DNA of 32,000 nt from Sedimentisphaera cyanobacteriorum (GTDB taxonomy: Bacteria; Planctomycetota; Phycisphaerae; Sedimentisphaerales; Sedimentisphaeraceae): assembly GCF_001997385.1 (NCBI RefSeq), contig NZ_CP019633.1, forward strand, positions 2,070,001 to 2,102,000. Direction: 5' to 3'. The position numbers were made by a program, and so were the translations under genes. The notes under the pieces were generated by a model that ran no database searches, was not told the origin of the DNA, and worked only from the letters and a program-made list of their open reading frames with translations. This document shows positions 7,077-16,091 of this stretch, one piece after another. The number at the start of each line of letters is the position of its first letter. Within the stretch, counting starts at the first letter, position 1.

Positions 7077-8628
7077 CTACAACCCCGACGTGCTGACCTG
7101 CATCGCCAACCTGTCGAGCGACGAGGTCTTCACGCCGCCGGGGCTGGTCAACCGGATGCTCGACCTGCTGCCGCCGGAACTCTGGAGCGACCCGCAGGCG
7201 ACCTTTCTCGATCCGGGCTGCAAGTCGGGCGTGTTCCTGCGCGAGATCGCCAAGCGGCTCGACGCCGGGCTGGAGCGGCGCATCCCCAACCGGCAGGAGC
7301 GGATGAACCACATCTTCAAGCACCAGCTCTACGGCCTGGCCATCACGGAACTGACGGCGCTGCTCTCGCGCCGCTCGGTCTATTGCTCCAAGACGGCCAA
7401 CGGCAAGTATTCCGTCTGCGAGACCTTCGACGCCCCCGAGGGCAACATCCGCTTCGGGCGCGTGGAGCATACCTGGGTGAACGGCCGCTGCGTCTTCTGC
7501 GGGGCGAACGAGGAAAACTATAAGCGCGGAGAAGAACTCGAAACCCACGCCTACGAGTTCATCCACACCGAAAAACCGGAGGAGATATTCAATATGAAAT
7601 TCGACGTCATCATCGGCAACCCGCCCTACCAGTTGAGCGACGGGGGCGCTGCCGCCAGCGCCATGCCTCTATACCATCGGTTCATCCAGCAAGCGAAGAA
7701 ACTTAACCCTCGTTATTTGACGATGATCGTTCCAAGCCGCTGGTTTTCAGGCGGGAAGGGGCTGGACGAATTTAGGGCAGAGATGCTTCAAGATAAGCGA
7801 ATGCAACACCTTGTCGACTACCCAGTATCAGCGGAATGCTTCCCCGGAGTTTCTATCAAAGGGGGAGTGTGTTACTTCCTCTGGGTAAGGGACTATACAG
7901 GTCCTTGTTCGGTAACTACAATACGCGGAGGGGTGAGCACATGTTCTATCCGACCATTGCTCGAATCGGGCATTTCTGATTTTATTCGATACAACGAGGC
8001 TATTCCGATTCTAAACAAGGTGCGCAGACATTCAGAGGCTACCTTCGACAAAGAAGTTAGCGCAAGAAAGCCTTTTGGACTACCTACTGATTTCCGACAG
8101 TTCAAGAAGCACCGATTCGAAGCGGCAGTCAAGATATACGCCAACAAGCAATTCGGCTACATTGAGCGAGTAAATATCCCCGAGCGGACTGAGTGGATCA
8201 ACAGATGGAAGATCTATCTGACCCGTGCATATGGTGCTGGGGAAGATTTCCCGCACCAAATTCTTAATAAGCCGTTCTTGGGCGAACCTGGTAGTTGTTG
8301 CACTGAGACATACTTGGTGATTGGGCCATATGCTTCGAAGAAAACTGCACAGGCTGTATTGTCGTACATTAGAACTCGCTTCTTTCGCTTTCTTGTTCTC
8401 CTGAAGAAGAATACACAAGACTCGCCTCGTGGAGTATTCACGTTGGTTCCAATACAAGACTTCTCAAGGCATTGGACCGACGAAAAGCTCTACAAGAAGT
8501 ACGGCCTGACCGCAGACGAAATCGCCTTCATTGAATCGATGGTCCGCCCGATGGAGGCGAACGGGGAGGACCTGTCTGCGTGCGACGCACAGGCAGATGC
8601 GTCAGACGGGGAGGCGGACGATGAGTGA
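7060..8628 (+). CDS. Eco57I-like (gamma-class) N6-adenine DNA methyltransferase
   Basis: ATG 7060 follows GGAGGTGG and overlaps the upstream gene by 17 nt. Motif I is [12 protein letters not shown] and motif IV is VIIGNPPYQ. There is a Cys cluster (C..C...CVFC) between them. The C-terminal block [24 protein letters not shown] is typical of this family as I recall it. Confidence 0.85.
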   Translation: MLTSNNYNPDVLTCIANLSSDEVFTPPGLVNRMLDLLPPELWSDPQATFLDPGCKSGVFLREIAKRLDAGLERRIPNRQERMNHIFKHQLYGLAITELTALLSRRSVYCSKTANGKYSVCETFDAPEGNIRFGRVEHTWVNGRCVFCGANEENYKRGEELETHAYEFIHTEKPEEIFNMKFDVIIGNPPYQLSDGGAAASAMPLYHRFIQQAKKLNPRYLTMIVPSRWFSGGKGLDEFRAEMLQDKRMQHLVDYPVSAECFPGVSIKGGVCYFLWVRDYTGPCSVTTIRGGVSTCSIRPLLESGISDFIRYNEAIPILNKVRRHSEATFDKEVSARKPFGLPTDFRQFKKHRFEAAVKIYANKQFGYIERVNIPERTEWINRWKIYLTRAYGAGEDFPHQILNKPFLGEPGSCCTETYLVIGPYASKKTAQAVLSYIRTRFFRFLVLLKKNTQDSPRGVFTLVPIQDFSRHWTDEKLYKKYGLTADEIAFIESMVRPMEANGEDLSACDAQADASDGEADDE

Positions 8629-11167
8629 CGGCTTTTTCCCGCCGCGCCCGAAATCGCGGCCCACGATCTACGCCTACGAGGACACCAACCCGCAATACGC
8701 CGGGCTGCTCAAGGTGGGCTATACGACTGTGGACGCGCAGAGCCGCGTGGCGCAGCAGTATCCGACGCTGCGGCCCGGCAAGCCGCCCTACCGAATCGTG
8801 CTCGAAGAACCGGCCATGCGCAACGACGGGACCACCTTCACCGATCATCACGTCCACGGCATGTTGCGGATCAACGGCGTGAAGAACGAGGGCGGCGAGT
8901 GGTTCCGCTGCACGGTGGAGCAGGTCAAGGCGGCGATCATCGCCGTGCGCACCGGCCAACTGAACGAGGAGAACCGGTCGCTGGATTTCGCCCTGCGCCC
9001 CGAGCAGGAAGCGGCGGTCGAGAAGACGGCGGCCTACTTCGCCGCCTGGCGCAGGGACAAGGCCAACGGCGACAAGCCGCCGCATTTCCTGTGGAACGCC
9101 AAGATGCGCTTCGGCAAGACCTTCGCCGCCTATCAACTGGCGAAGCGGATGAACTGGCGCAAGGTGCTGGTGCTGACCTTCAAGCCGGCGGTGCAGAGCG
9201 CGTGGGAAGAGGACCTGAAGCAGCACGTCGCTTTCGCGGGTTGGCAGTTCATCAAGCCCGGCGGCCTGACCTATGAGGAGGCAGACAAGGGGAAGCCCTT
9301 CGTCTGCTTCGGCTCGTTTCAGGACTACCTGGGCAAGAACAAGAGCACGGGCGGCATCAAGACCAAGAACGAATGGGTTCACGCGACGAACTGGGATTGC
9401 GTGATCTTCGACGAATACCACTACGGCGCCTGGCGCGAGAACGCCAAGGAACTGTTCGAGGCAGAGGACAAGAAGGAGATGGCCTTCGCCGAGGGCGAGG
9501 GGCTGGAAGACTTTGACGAAGAGATCATGCCGATCACGACGGAGCACTACCTGTATCTGTCGGGCACGCCGTTCCGCGCCATCGCCTCGGGCGAGTTCAT
9601 CGAGGAGCAAATCTTCAACTGGACCTATTCGGACGAGCAGCGCGCCAAGCGGGACTGGGAGGGCGAGAACAACCCCTACGCCTGCCTGCCGCGCATGGTG
9701 CTCATGACCTATCAGCTGCCCGACGCGATCCGGGAAATCGCCATGCAGGGCGAGTTCGACGAGTTCGACCTGAACGTGTTCTTTTCCGCCGAGGGGGTGG
9801 GCGAACACGCGAAGTTCAAGTATGAGGACGAAGTGCAGAAGTGGCTCGACCTGATCCGCGGCGCGTTTCAGGCGGCGACGGTGGACAACCTGAAGCTGGG
9901 GACGAAGAAGCCGCCGATGCCGTATTCCGATGCGCGGCTGCTGAATCTCCTATCGCATACCTTTTGGTTCCTGCCGAGCGTGGCGGCGTGTCATGCCATG
10001 CGCAACCTGCTGGCGAAGAAGCAGAATCGCTTCTATCAGGACTATAAGATCCTCGTGGCGGCGGGGAGCGCCGCCGGAATCGGCGTCGCCGCGCTGCCGC
10101 CGGTGCTGGACGCCATGGAAGACCCGCTGGAATCGAAGACCATCACCTTGTCATGCGGGAAGTTGACGACCGGCGTGACGGTGCGGCCCTGGACGGGCAT
10201 CTTCATGCTGCGCAACGCTTCCACGCCGGAGACCTACTTTCAGGCGGCCTTTCGGGTGCAATCGCCCTGGACGGTGGCGAACCCCGACGGCGACGCGCCG
10301 AACCGCGAGCAGATCATCAAGGAGGAGTGTTACGTCTTCGACTTTGCGCCGGACCGTGCCTTGCGGCAGATCGCCGATTACAGTTGCCGCTTGAATGTGG
10401 ACGAGGCCAACCCCGAGAAGAAGGTCGAGGAGTTCATCAGCTTCCTCCCGGTGCTGGCCTATGACGGCAGTTCGATGAAGCAGATCGACGCGGCGGGGAT
10501 TCTCGACATGGCGATGAGCGGGACGACGGCGACGCTGCTGGCGCGGCGCTGGGAAAGCGCGCTGCTGGTGAATGTGGACAACGACACGCTGAAGCGGTTG
10601 ATGGCGGACGAAGCGGCGATGAAGGCGCTGATGAGCATCGAGGGATTCCGCAACCTCAATCAGGACATCGAGACGATCATCAACAAGTCGGAAGCCGTGA
10701 AGAAGGCGCGTAAGGAAAAGAACGACGAGGACATGACGAAGGAAGAGAAGAAGGAACTGACCGAGGAAGAGAAGGAATTCAAGAGCAAGCGCAAGCAGAT
10801 ACAGGAGAAGCTCATCAAGTTCGCCACGCGCGTTCCGATCTTCATGTATCTGACCGACTATCGGGAGCGCTGCCTGAAGGACGTGATCACCCAACTGGAG
10901 CCGGGCTTGTTCAAGAAGGTGACGGGCCTGAGTGTGAAGGATTTCGAGTTGCTGGTGAGCCTCGGCGTCTTCAACAGCGCCCTGATGAACGACGCCGTCT
11001 ACAAGTTCAAGCGTTACGAAGACGCCAGTCTGAGTTATACCGGCATCAACCGGCACGAGGGAGAAGACATCGGCCTCTACGATACAGTCCTCACTCCCAA
11101 GGATGCACTGAAGGTTTTCGAGAACGTACAGGCAGGTGCCGGATATGAATTTCAAAGAATGGGCTAA
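8621..11167 (+). CDS. T5orf172/GIY-YIG-like N-terminal domain fused to an SF2 (ResIII/SNF2-like) helicase with a Lys/Glu-rich coiled-coil region
   Basis: ATG 8621 overlaps the methyltransferase stop (ATGAGTGA). The N-terminal motifs are TIYAYED...LLKVGYTT...R...GGEWFRC. Helicase motifs are [19 protein letters not shown] and [12 protein letters not shown]. The late block is [13 protein letters not shown]. Confidence 0.85.
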   Translation: MSDGFFPPRPKSRPTIYAYEDTNPQYAGLLKVGYTTVDAQSRVAQQYPTLRPGKPPYRIVLEEPAMRNDGTTFTDHHVHGMLRINGVKNEGGEWFRCTVEQVKAAIIAVRTGQLNEENRSLDFALRPEQEAAVEKTAAYFAAWRRDKANGDKPPHFLWNAKMRFGKTFAAYQLAKRMNWRKVLVLTFKPAVQSAWEEDLKQHVAFAGWQFIKPGGLTYEEADKGKPFVCFGSFQDYLGKNKSTGGIKTKNEWVHATNWDCVIFDEYHYGAWRENAKELFEAEDKKEMAFAEGEGLEDFDEEIMPITTEHYLYLSGTPFRAIASGEFIEEQIFNWTYSDEQRAKRDWEGENNPYACLPRMVLMTYQLPDAIREIAMQGEFDEFDLNVFFSAEGVGEHAKFKYEDEVQKWLDLIRGAFQAATVDNLKLGTKKPPMPYSDARLLNLLSHTFWFLPSVAACHAMRNLLAKKQNRFYQDYKILVAAGSAAGIGVAALPPVLDAMEDPLESKTITLSCGKLTTGVTVRPWTGIFMLRNASTPETYFQAAFRVQSPWTVANPDGDAPNREQIIKEECYVFDFAPDRALRQIADYSCRLNVDEANPEKKVEEFISFLPVLAYDGSSMKQIDAAGILDMAMSGTTATLLARRWESALLVNVDNDTLKRLMADEAAMKALMSIEGFRNLNQDIETIINKSEAVKKARKEKNDEDMTKEEKKELTEEEKEFKSKRKQIQEKLIKFATRVPIFMYLTDYRERCLKDVITQLEPGLFKKVTGLSVKDFELLVSLGVFNSALMNDAVYKFKRYEDASLSYTGINRHEGEDIGLYDTVLTPKDALKVFENVQAGAGYEFQRMG

Positions 11168-11245
11168 CAAGGCGCTGCACCGGACGACGCTGCGCGCCGC
11201 TGATGCTGGGCGTTGGATAGAAAGGGAACATGGATAACCTTCAAG

Positions 11246-11470
11246 GCAGGTCAATTTCTATGCCGCCTTTACGGTAAACCGCTATTGCGGCGCGTTCTTG
11301 ACGGCAAAGTCCAAAAACCAATAGCCATCTTTTAATACACGTTTGCCCGCTGCGAGTTGGATGGGATAATTAAAAAGCGGCCCCCCGTTACCACCGTGTT
11401 CAACTGGCCGGAAGAATTGAAAATAAGAAAAGGTGTCTGGGAAGCAGTCCCGATTTATCGGGCTCCCGGA
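11246..11470. repeat. Repeat A, copy 2
   Basis: See 6056-6280. Here the - strand reading frame is intact (...FFRPVEHGGNGGPLFNYPIQLAAGKRVLKDGYWFLDFAVKNAPQ*). Copy 1 carries a frameshift but conservative substitutions, which suggests a gene 3'-end relic. Confidence 0.85.
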
Positions 11471-11533
11471 CAGCCGTCGAATCCAGCGGTTGGATTTGAA
11501 AATAATTGTGCAGCAGACTTTTGAGTAATTGTA

Positions 11534-13039
11534 ATGCTGAAAATACAAGACTTAACATTTACATATACCCGGCAGGAGAAACCTGCTTTAAGCAATATCA
11601 ATCTGGATATTTCACCGGGCAAGCTGGTGCTTTTGACCGGGCCTTCCGGCAGCGGAAAATCTACGCTTGTGCATTGCATCAACGGCCTGGCTCCGCAGCA
11701 CTACGGAGGGAAGCTTGATGGAGAAATATGGATTGCCGGACGAGAAACCGCCGGAAAAACACTTTGGCAAATCAGTGAGTTGACAGGCACCGTATTTCAA
11801 AACCCCAATACCCAGTTTTTCCAGCTTACGGTCGAAGATGAAATCGCCTTTGGCCTTGAGCATTCAGGTCTTGACCGGCAGGAAATAAAAAAACGAATAG
11901 ATAAAGCCATAGAAGATATTGAGATCGAGTCTCTTAGAAATCGAGATATTTTCACCCTGTCCTCCGGCGAAAAACAAAAGGTGGCCTTGGCATCTATCAT
12001 TGCGATGGATCAGCCACTGCTTCTTCTGGATGAGCCGACGGCAAATCTCGATATCCCCTCAATTCATGAATTGAAAAAACTGCTGGCCAAATTAAAGAAT
12101 CAAGGCAGGACAATTATCGTTTCCGAACATCGACTGTGGTATTTAAGAGGCCTTGCCGATCAGGTGATCGTAATTAAAGACGGACAACTGATTTATGACG
12201 GAAAACCGGAAATACTGAATTCATCTCAATTCCGCAATGAAATTGGTTTACGCATATGGGCTAAGCCTCCGAAAATTACTGATTCCGAACATAATAATCT
12301 CAGACAGCGGACCGTACTGGATGTAAGCCGTCTTTCAGGGGGAGCAGGAAATAAAAAAGACATTCTCAACAACGTGAACTTTTCATTCAACGCAGGCGAA
12401 TGCATTGCCATTATGGGGCATAATGGAGTTGGTAAGACAATGTTTTCTCGCTTACTGACCGGCTTGCAAAAAGAGAGCCATGGAATCATTAAAATCAACG
12501 GCACTGCTTTAAAGCACAAAAGCCGAATCGGACAGATCGGATGTGTTACCCAGCAGGCTGAACAGCAGTTATTCTCTGATACGGTTCTTGGTGAATTACT
12601 TCTTAATCCAAAAGACAATGCGACGGAGGCCGATAAAGCAAAAGATATTTTAAGGCAATATGGTCTGATTGCCTTGAAAGACCGTCACCCGCAAACCCTC
12701 TCCGGCGGCGAAAAACAGCGTTTGGCAATTGCCGCCTCAATTGCAATGAATAATGAAATAATAATCCTCGACGAACCCACCAGCGGCATGGATATGAAGA
12801 GGATGAAAATGCTCGCTCAGGAAGTTAAGAATCTGTGCAGTCAGGGCATACTTGTCATTATCATTACACATGATATCGAATTGGTCTCGCTATGCTGCGA
12901 CAAGATAGCCTGGATGGAAAATGGAACCGTTGCCAAAACGTTAGAACGCGATCAATATAATGAATTATTTATTAAACTATTGAAATTTGACAGAACAGAA
13001 AGGCATAATGATGAAATGCATGGTTGTTTACTCAAGTAA
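11534..13039 (+). CDS. ecfA: ECF-type ABC transporter ATPase, two fused nucleotide-binding domains (EcfA1-EcfA2-like)
   Basis: Domain 1 has GPSGSGKST / LSSGEKQKV / LLLLDEPT. Domain 2 has GHNGVGKT / LSGGEKQRL / IIILDEPTSG. Confidence 0.85.
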   Translation: MLKIQDLTFTYTRQEKPALSNINLDISPGKLVLLTGPSGSGKSTLVHCINGLAPQHYGGKLDGEIWIAGRETAGKTLWQISELTGTVFQNPNTQFFQLTVEDEIAFGLEHSGLDRQEIKKRIDKAIEDIEIESLRNRDIFTLSSGEKQKVALASIIAMDQPLLLLDEPTANLDIPSIHELKKLLAKLKNQGRTIIVSEHRLWYLRGLADQVIVIKDGQLIYDGKPEILNSSQFRNEIGLRIWAKPPKITDSEHNNLRQRTVLDVSRLSGGAGNKKDILNNVNFSFNAGECIAIMGHNGVGKTMFSRLLTGLQKESHGIIKINGTALKHKSRIGQIGCVTQQAEQQLFSDTVLGELLLNPKDNATEADKAKDILRQYGLIALKDRHPQTLSGGEKQRLAIAASIAMNNEIIILDEPTSGMDMKRMKMLAQEVKNLCSQGILVIIITHDIELVSLCCDKIAWMENGTVAKTLERDQYNELFIKLLKFDRTERHNDEMHGCLLK

Positions 13040-13541
13040 AACCGGAAATACAAAAATAATTGCTGAGGCGATCCATAAGGCATTGCCCCAGGACACGGAG
13101 CTTTATCCTGTGGAAAACGCCCCCTCTTCTGATCATTACGATTTCATTGCAGTTGGCGGTTGGGTTGATAAAGGAATGCCCGATGAGGCAATACAAAACT
13201 ATATGCAGAAAATCCATAAAAAAAGTATTGGAATATTTTTGACACTGGGTGCCTATCCTGATTCTCAACATGCTGCGGAATCTTTGCAGAAAGCATGCGA
13301 ATTATTAAATGACAATACAATTCTCGGATCATTTATTTGTCAGGGCAAGGTTGACCCTAAGCTCATAGAGATGATGGCTAAAATGACAAAAGACAAGCCG
13401 GAACACCCCCATGCCATGAATGATGAAAGAAAGGCCAGGTTAGCCGAAGCTGCCAAACACCCCAACGATCAGGACTGCCGAAATGCCGCAGAGACTTTTA
13501 AAAAAATGATCGAAGAATTAAAGGGGCAATCCAATGCGTAA
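13008..13541 (+). CDS. Flavodoxin-family protein
   Basis: Has VVYSSKTGNTK, an FMN phosphate-binding loop, near the N terminus. The start (ATGATG at 13008) follows AAAGG and overlaps the end of the ATPase gene. Confidence 0.7.
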   Translation: MMKCMVVYSSKTGNTKIIAEAIHKALPQDTELYPVENAPSSDHYDFIAVGGWVDKGMPDEAIQNYMQKIHKKSIGIFLTLGAYPDSQHAAESLQKACELLNDNTILGSFICQGKVDPKLIEMMAKMTKDKPEHPHAMNDERKARLAEAAKHPNDQDCRNAAETFKKMIEELKGQSNA

Positions 13542-13956
13542 AATGACCGAAACGGAAATTAACGAACTCGTAAAGAATTCAAATTGGGCAACCATTTGCA
13601 CGGTTACTCCTGATGGGCTTCCTTACGCAATCGAAGCCACCTATTTTATCGATGGCAAATACATTGGCTTTATGATCAACCCGAGAGGTAGGACAATGCA
13701 AAACCTAAAGCATAATCCGAACCTAATCCTAAAAATAACTCAGGCCAGTGGCGATCTTTCCAAATGGGCAGGAGTGAGCCTCTTTGGAACAGGCCAAAAT
13801 ATAACTGATTCTGATGCAATTCGAAAAGGCTGGGAGCTACTCGGAGAGGTTATGAATACTGATTACACCACAGTTACAGAAAAATGCAATAATACGGAAC
13901 AACGTTCGCCTTATCTCAAATGCACGATCTCTCAGATTACAGGGAGGAGTAGCTGA
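13534..13956 (+). CDS. Pyridoxamine-5'-phosphate-oxidase-like (FMN-binding split-barrel) protein
   Basis: Overlaps the flavodoxin stop by 8 nt. The pattern N.WATICTVTPDGLPYAIEATYF..G.. is typical of the PNPOx/Nim/HugZ-like fold family. Assigned by pattern memory only. Confidence 0.55.
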   Translation: MRKMTETEINELVKNSNWATICTVTPDGLPYAIEATYFIDGKYIGFMINPRGRTMQNLKHNPNLILKITQASGDLSKWAGVSLFGTGQNITDSDAIRKGWELLGEVMNTDYTTVTEKCNNTEQRSPYLKCTISQITGRSS

Positions 13957-14591
13957 GTTAACTACCCGCGTTCAGAAAAAACAATAAAGTGACAAAAAAT
14001 TATTTTTGAAGCATAATTGGCATTTTCTGTCCGTTTTTTATAGGACACCACAAGCCATTAAGATTTGCAGACACTACAACTGTACGGGTTCAGTGTGATT
14101 TGGACAAATCCGTTTCACAGTTAAGACACTTTTTATGCCTTTGGCGGGGCTGTCTTATCAGGTTTTTTTAAGGCATGGCAATGCTCTCAATTGCCCAGTT
14201 TGTAAAATGGGATGGCAGGTGTATGACTGCCACCCCAACGAAAATTCGTCGCCTTGAACTGGCTATCCCTAGCAGATTGCAACCAAGGCCTCATGCCACC
14301 TATATAATTTGCTCCTTGATGATGGTGTCGTCCTCAGATTTTGATTTTGGCGGCACCAAATTACAGTTTTTTCACGAAAATGAGGGGGACGGAGAGGTAT
14401 AGTTATAACTTAAGCTTTAACAGGAGGTTAGGTAACATATGTATAAACGGCGGAGCAAAATTGTCCCACCTGGCGGGCGGTTGAAAGTTGTACCCCTGTA
14501 ACCGAAATACCTGTAATAATAGACTGCAAGCAGAGATTCAAAGGACATTTGCAGTAGGTTATTATGGGAGAAAACAGGAGTGTACACAGAT

Positions 14592-16091
14592 ATGGATCAA
14601 TGGATCGAGTTAAGGCGTCAAATTCGTAATGGAGAGGTTTCCCTCCGTCAGTTGGAGCGGGAGACAGGTATTCACCGGCAGACCCTGCGTAAAATCCGGG
14701 ACAACAGTGAGCCGCCGGGCTACCGGCGTACCAAGCCGGCTGGAAAGACCAAGATTGGTCCGTATCTGGGTCGCATCAAGGAGATCATTGACGCTGACAA
14801 GCAGATGCCTAAAAAGCAGCGTCACACAGCCAAGAAGATTTTAGAGACGCTGGAGTCTGAAGGATTTACCGGCAGTTACACGATCGTCAAAGATGCCGTC
14901 CGCCAGATTAAAAAGACTTCCCGGGAAGTGTTCATGCCACTGAGCCAGCGACCGGGCGAGGCGCAGGTGGATTTCGGCCATGCCCTGACCAGCTTCGACG
15001 GCACCCTGAAAAAAATCGTATTCTTTGTCATGACCATGGTTCATTCGGATGCGATGTTCGTAATGGCGTTTCCCCGTGAATGTACCGAAGCTTTTCTGGA
15101 GGCCCATGTACGGGCGTTTAAGTTCTTCGGCTGTGTTCCCAGGCGGATCATTTATGATAATACCCGTGTAGCTATTACAAAGATACTGAAACATCATAAA
15201 CGCAAATATACCAGTGAGTTTAAGCGACTCATCAGTCATTACCTGTTCGAGCCTCACTTCTGTAACGTTCGAAGACCCAACGAGAAGGGTATTGTCGAAG
15301 GCAGTGTCAAGTATTCCAGGCTCAACTTCATGGTCCCCGTGCCGCAGGTTACCGATTACGATGACCTCAATCGGCTCTTGTATAACTGCTGCCAATCCGA
15401 CCTGAAGCGTATCCTCCGCGGCAAACGTTCTCTCAGTAAAGAACAGTTGCTGGCCGAAGACCGTGTCGCAGCCATCGCGTTGCCGGATGACACGTTTGAC
15501 TACCGCAAATCGGCATCGACATTTGCCAGCAGTGAATCACTTGTCCGTTATGACACCAACGATTATTCAGTCCCGGTAAGTTCAGCTCATCATCAGACGA
15601 CGATCAAGGCGTCAGTCAGCTTTATCGAGGTCTATCAACAGGACCGGCTCATCGCCAGGCACCGTCGCTGCTGGGACCGAGAACGGCAGATATTCGATCC
15701 GATGCACTATTTAGAGCTTTTGGAACGCAAGCCGGGTTCCCTGGATCATGCTCGTCCTCTGGAGGATTGGTCGCTGCCGAGATGTTTTAACACGTATCGC
15801 CGATGTCTTGAGGCGAATCGTGAAAACGGCACCAGGGAATATATCCAGATATTGCTCTTGCTGAACAAATATTCAATCCGACAAATATCGAAAGCCATCT
15901 GCAAGGCCCTCAATCATCGGATCTACTGTTATTGTGCGGTGCAGCAGTTCCTGCTGACGGCTGAAGATTATGCCTTTACGACCTTCAGCCTTGCCGGGCG
16001 GGACCATCTTCGTCACATTGTGGTTCGTCAGACCTCAGTTGCCGATTATCGTTCACTGACACAGGGAGGCTGTCATGTCAAAAGAGCGTAA
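14592..16091 (+). CDS. istA: IS21-family transposase IstA
   Basis: N-terminal HTH (LRQLERETGIHRQTLRKI) followed by a DDE/rve core. ATG 14592 lies 11 nt after AGGAG; the ORF-track start at 14580 is a GTG inside the RBS. The gene overlaps istB in the manner typical of IS21. Confidence 0.85.
   Translation: MDQWIELRRQIRNGEVSLRQLERETGIHRQTLRKIRDNSEPPGYRRTKPAGKTKIGPYLGRIKEIIDADKQMPKKQRHTAKKILETLESEGFTGSYTIVKDAVRQIKKTSREVFMPLSQRPGEAQVDFGHALTSFDGTLKKIVFFVMTMVHSDAMFVMAFPRECTEAFLEAHVRAFKFFGCVPRRIIYDNTRVAITKILKHHKRKYTSEFKRLISHYLFEPHFCNVRRPNEKGIVEGSVKYSRLNFMVPVPQVTDYDDLNRLLYNCCQSDLKRILRGKRSLSKEQLLAEDRVAAIALPDDTFDYRKSASTFASSESLVRYDTNDYSVPVSSAHHQTTIKASVSFIEVYQQDRLIARHRRCWDRERQIFDPMHYLELLERKPGSLDHARPLEDWSLPRCFNTYRRCLEANRENGTREYIQILLLLNKYSIRQISKAICKALNHRIYCYCAVQQFLLTAEDYAFTTFSLAGRDHLRHIVVRQTSVADYRSLTQGGCHVKRA

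Noticed and set aside
6438-11254. Long antisense and alternative-frame ORFs in the high-GC block (for example 8528-9808 -, 426 aa; 10151-11254 -, 367 aa; 7006-7566 -, 186 aa; 6493-6958 + frames)
   Set aside because: These are typical shadow ORFs of GC-rich coding DNA. Their Arg/Ala/Gly/Pro-rich low-complexity translations have no motifs. The + strand frames carry clear methyltransferase and helicase motifs and coupled starts.
11282-11548. 88-aa ORF on the - strand spanning Repeat A copy 2 and the ATPase start
   Set aside because: Only the C-terminal ~55 residues are supported, by conservative changes relative to copy 1. The N-terminal part lies outside the repeat and overlaps the ecfA start. 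I treat it as a gene relic inside the repeat, not as a live gene.
14175-14402. 75-aa ORF in the 480-nt gap before the IS21 element
   Set aside because: It has no RBS, no motifs and atypical composition. The region looks like decayed non-coding or relic DNA. I could not assign any feature there.
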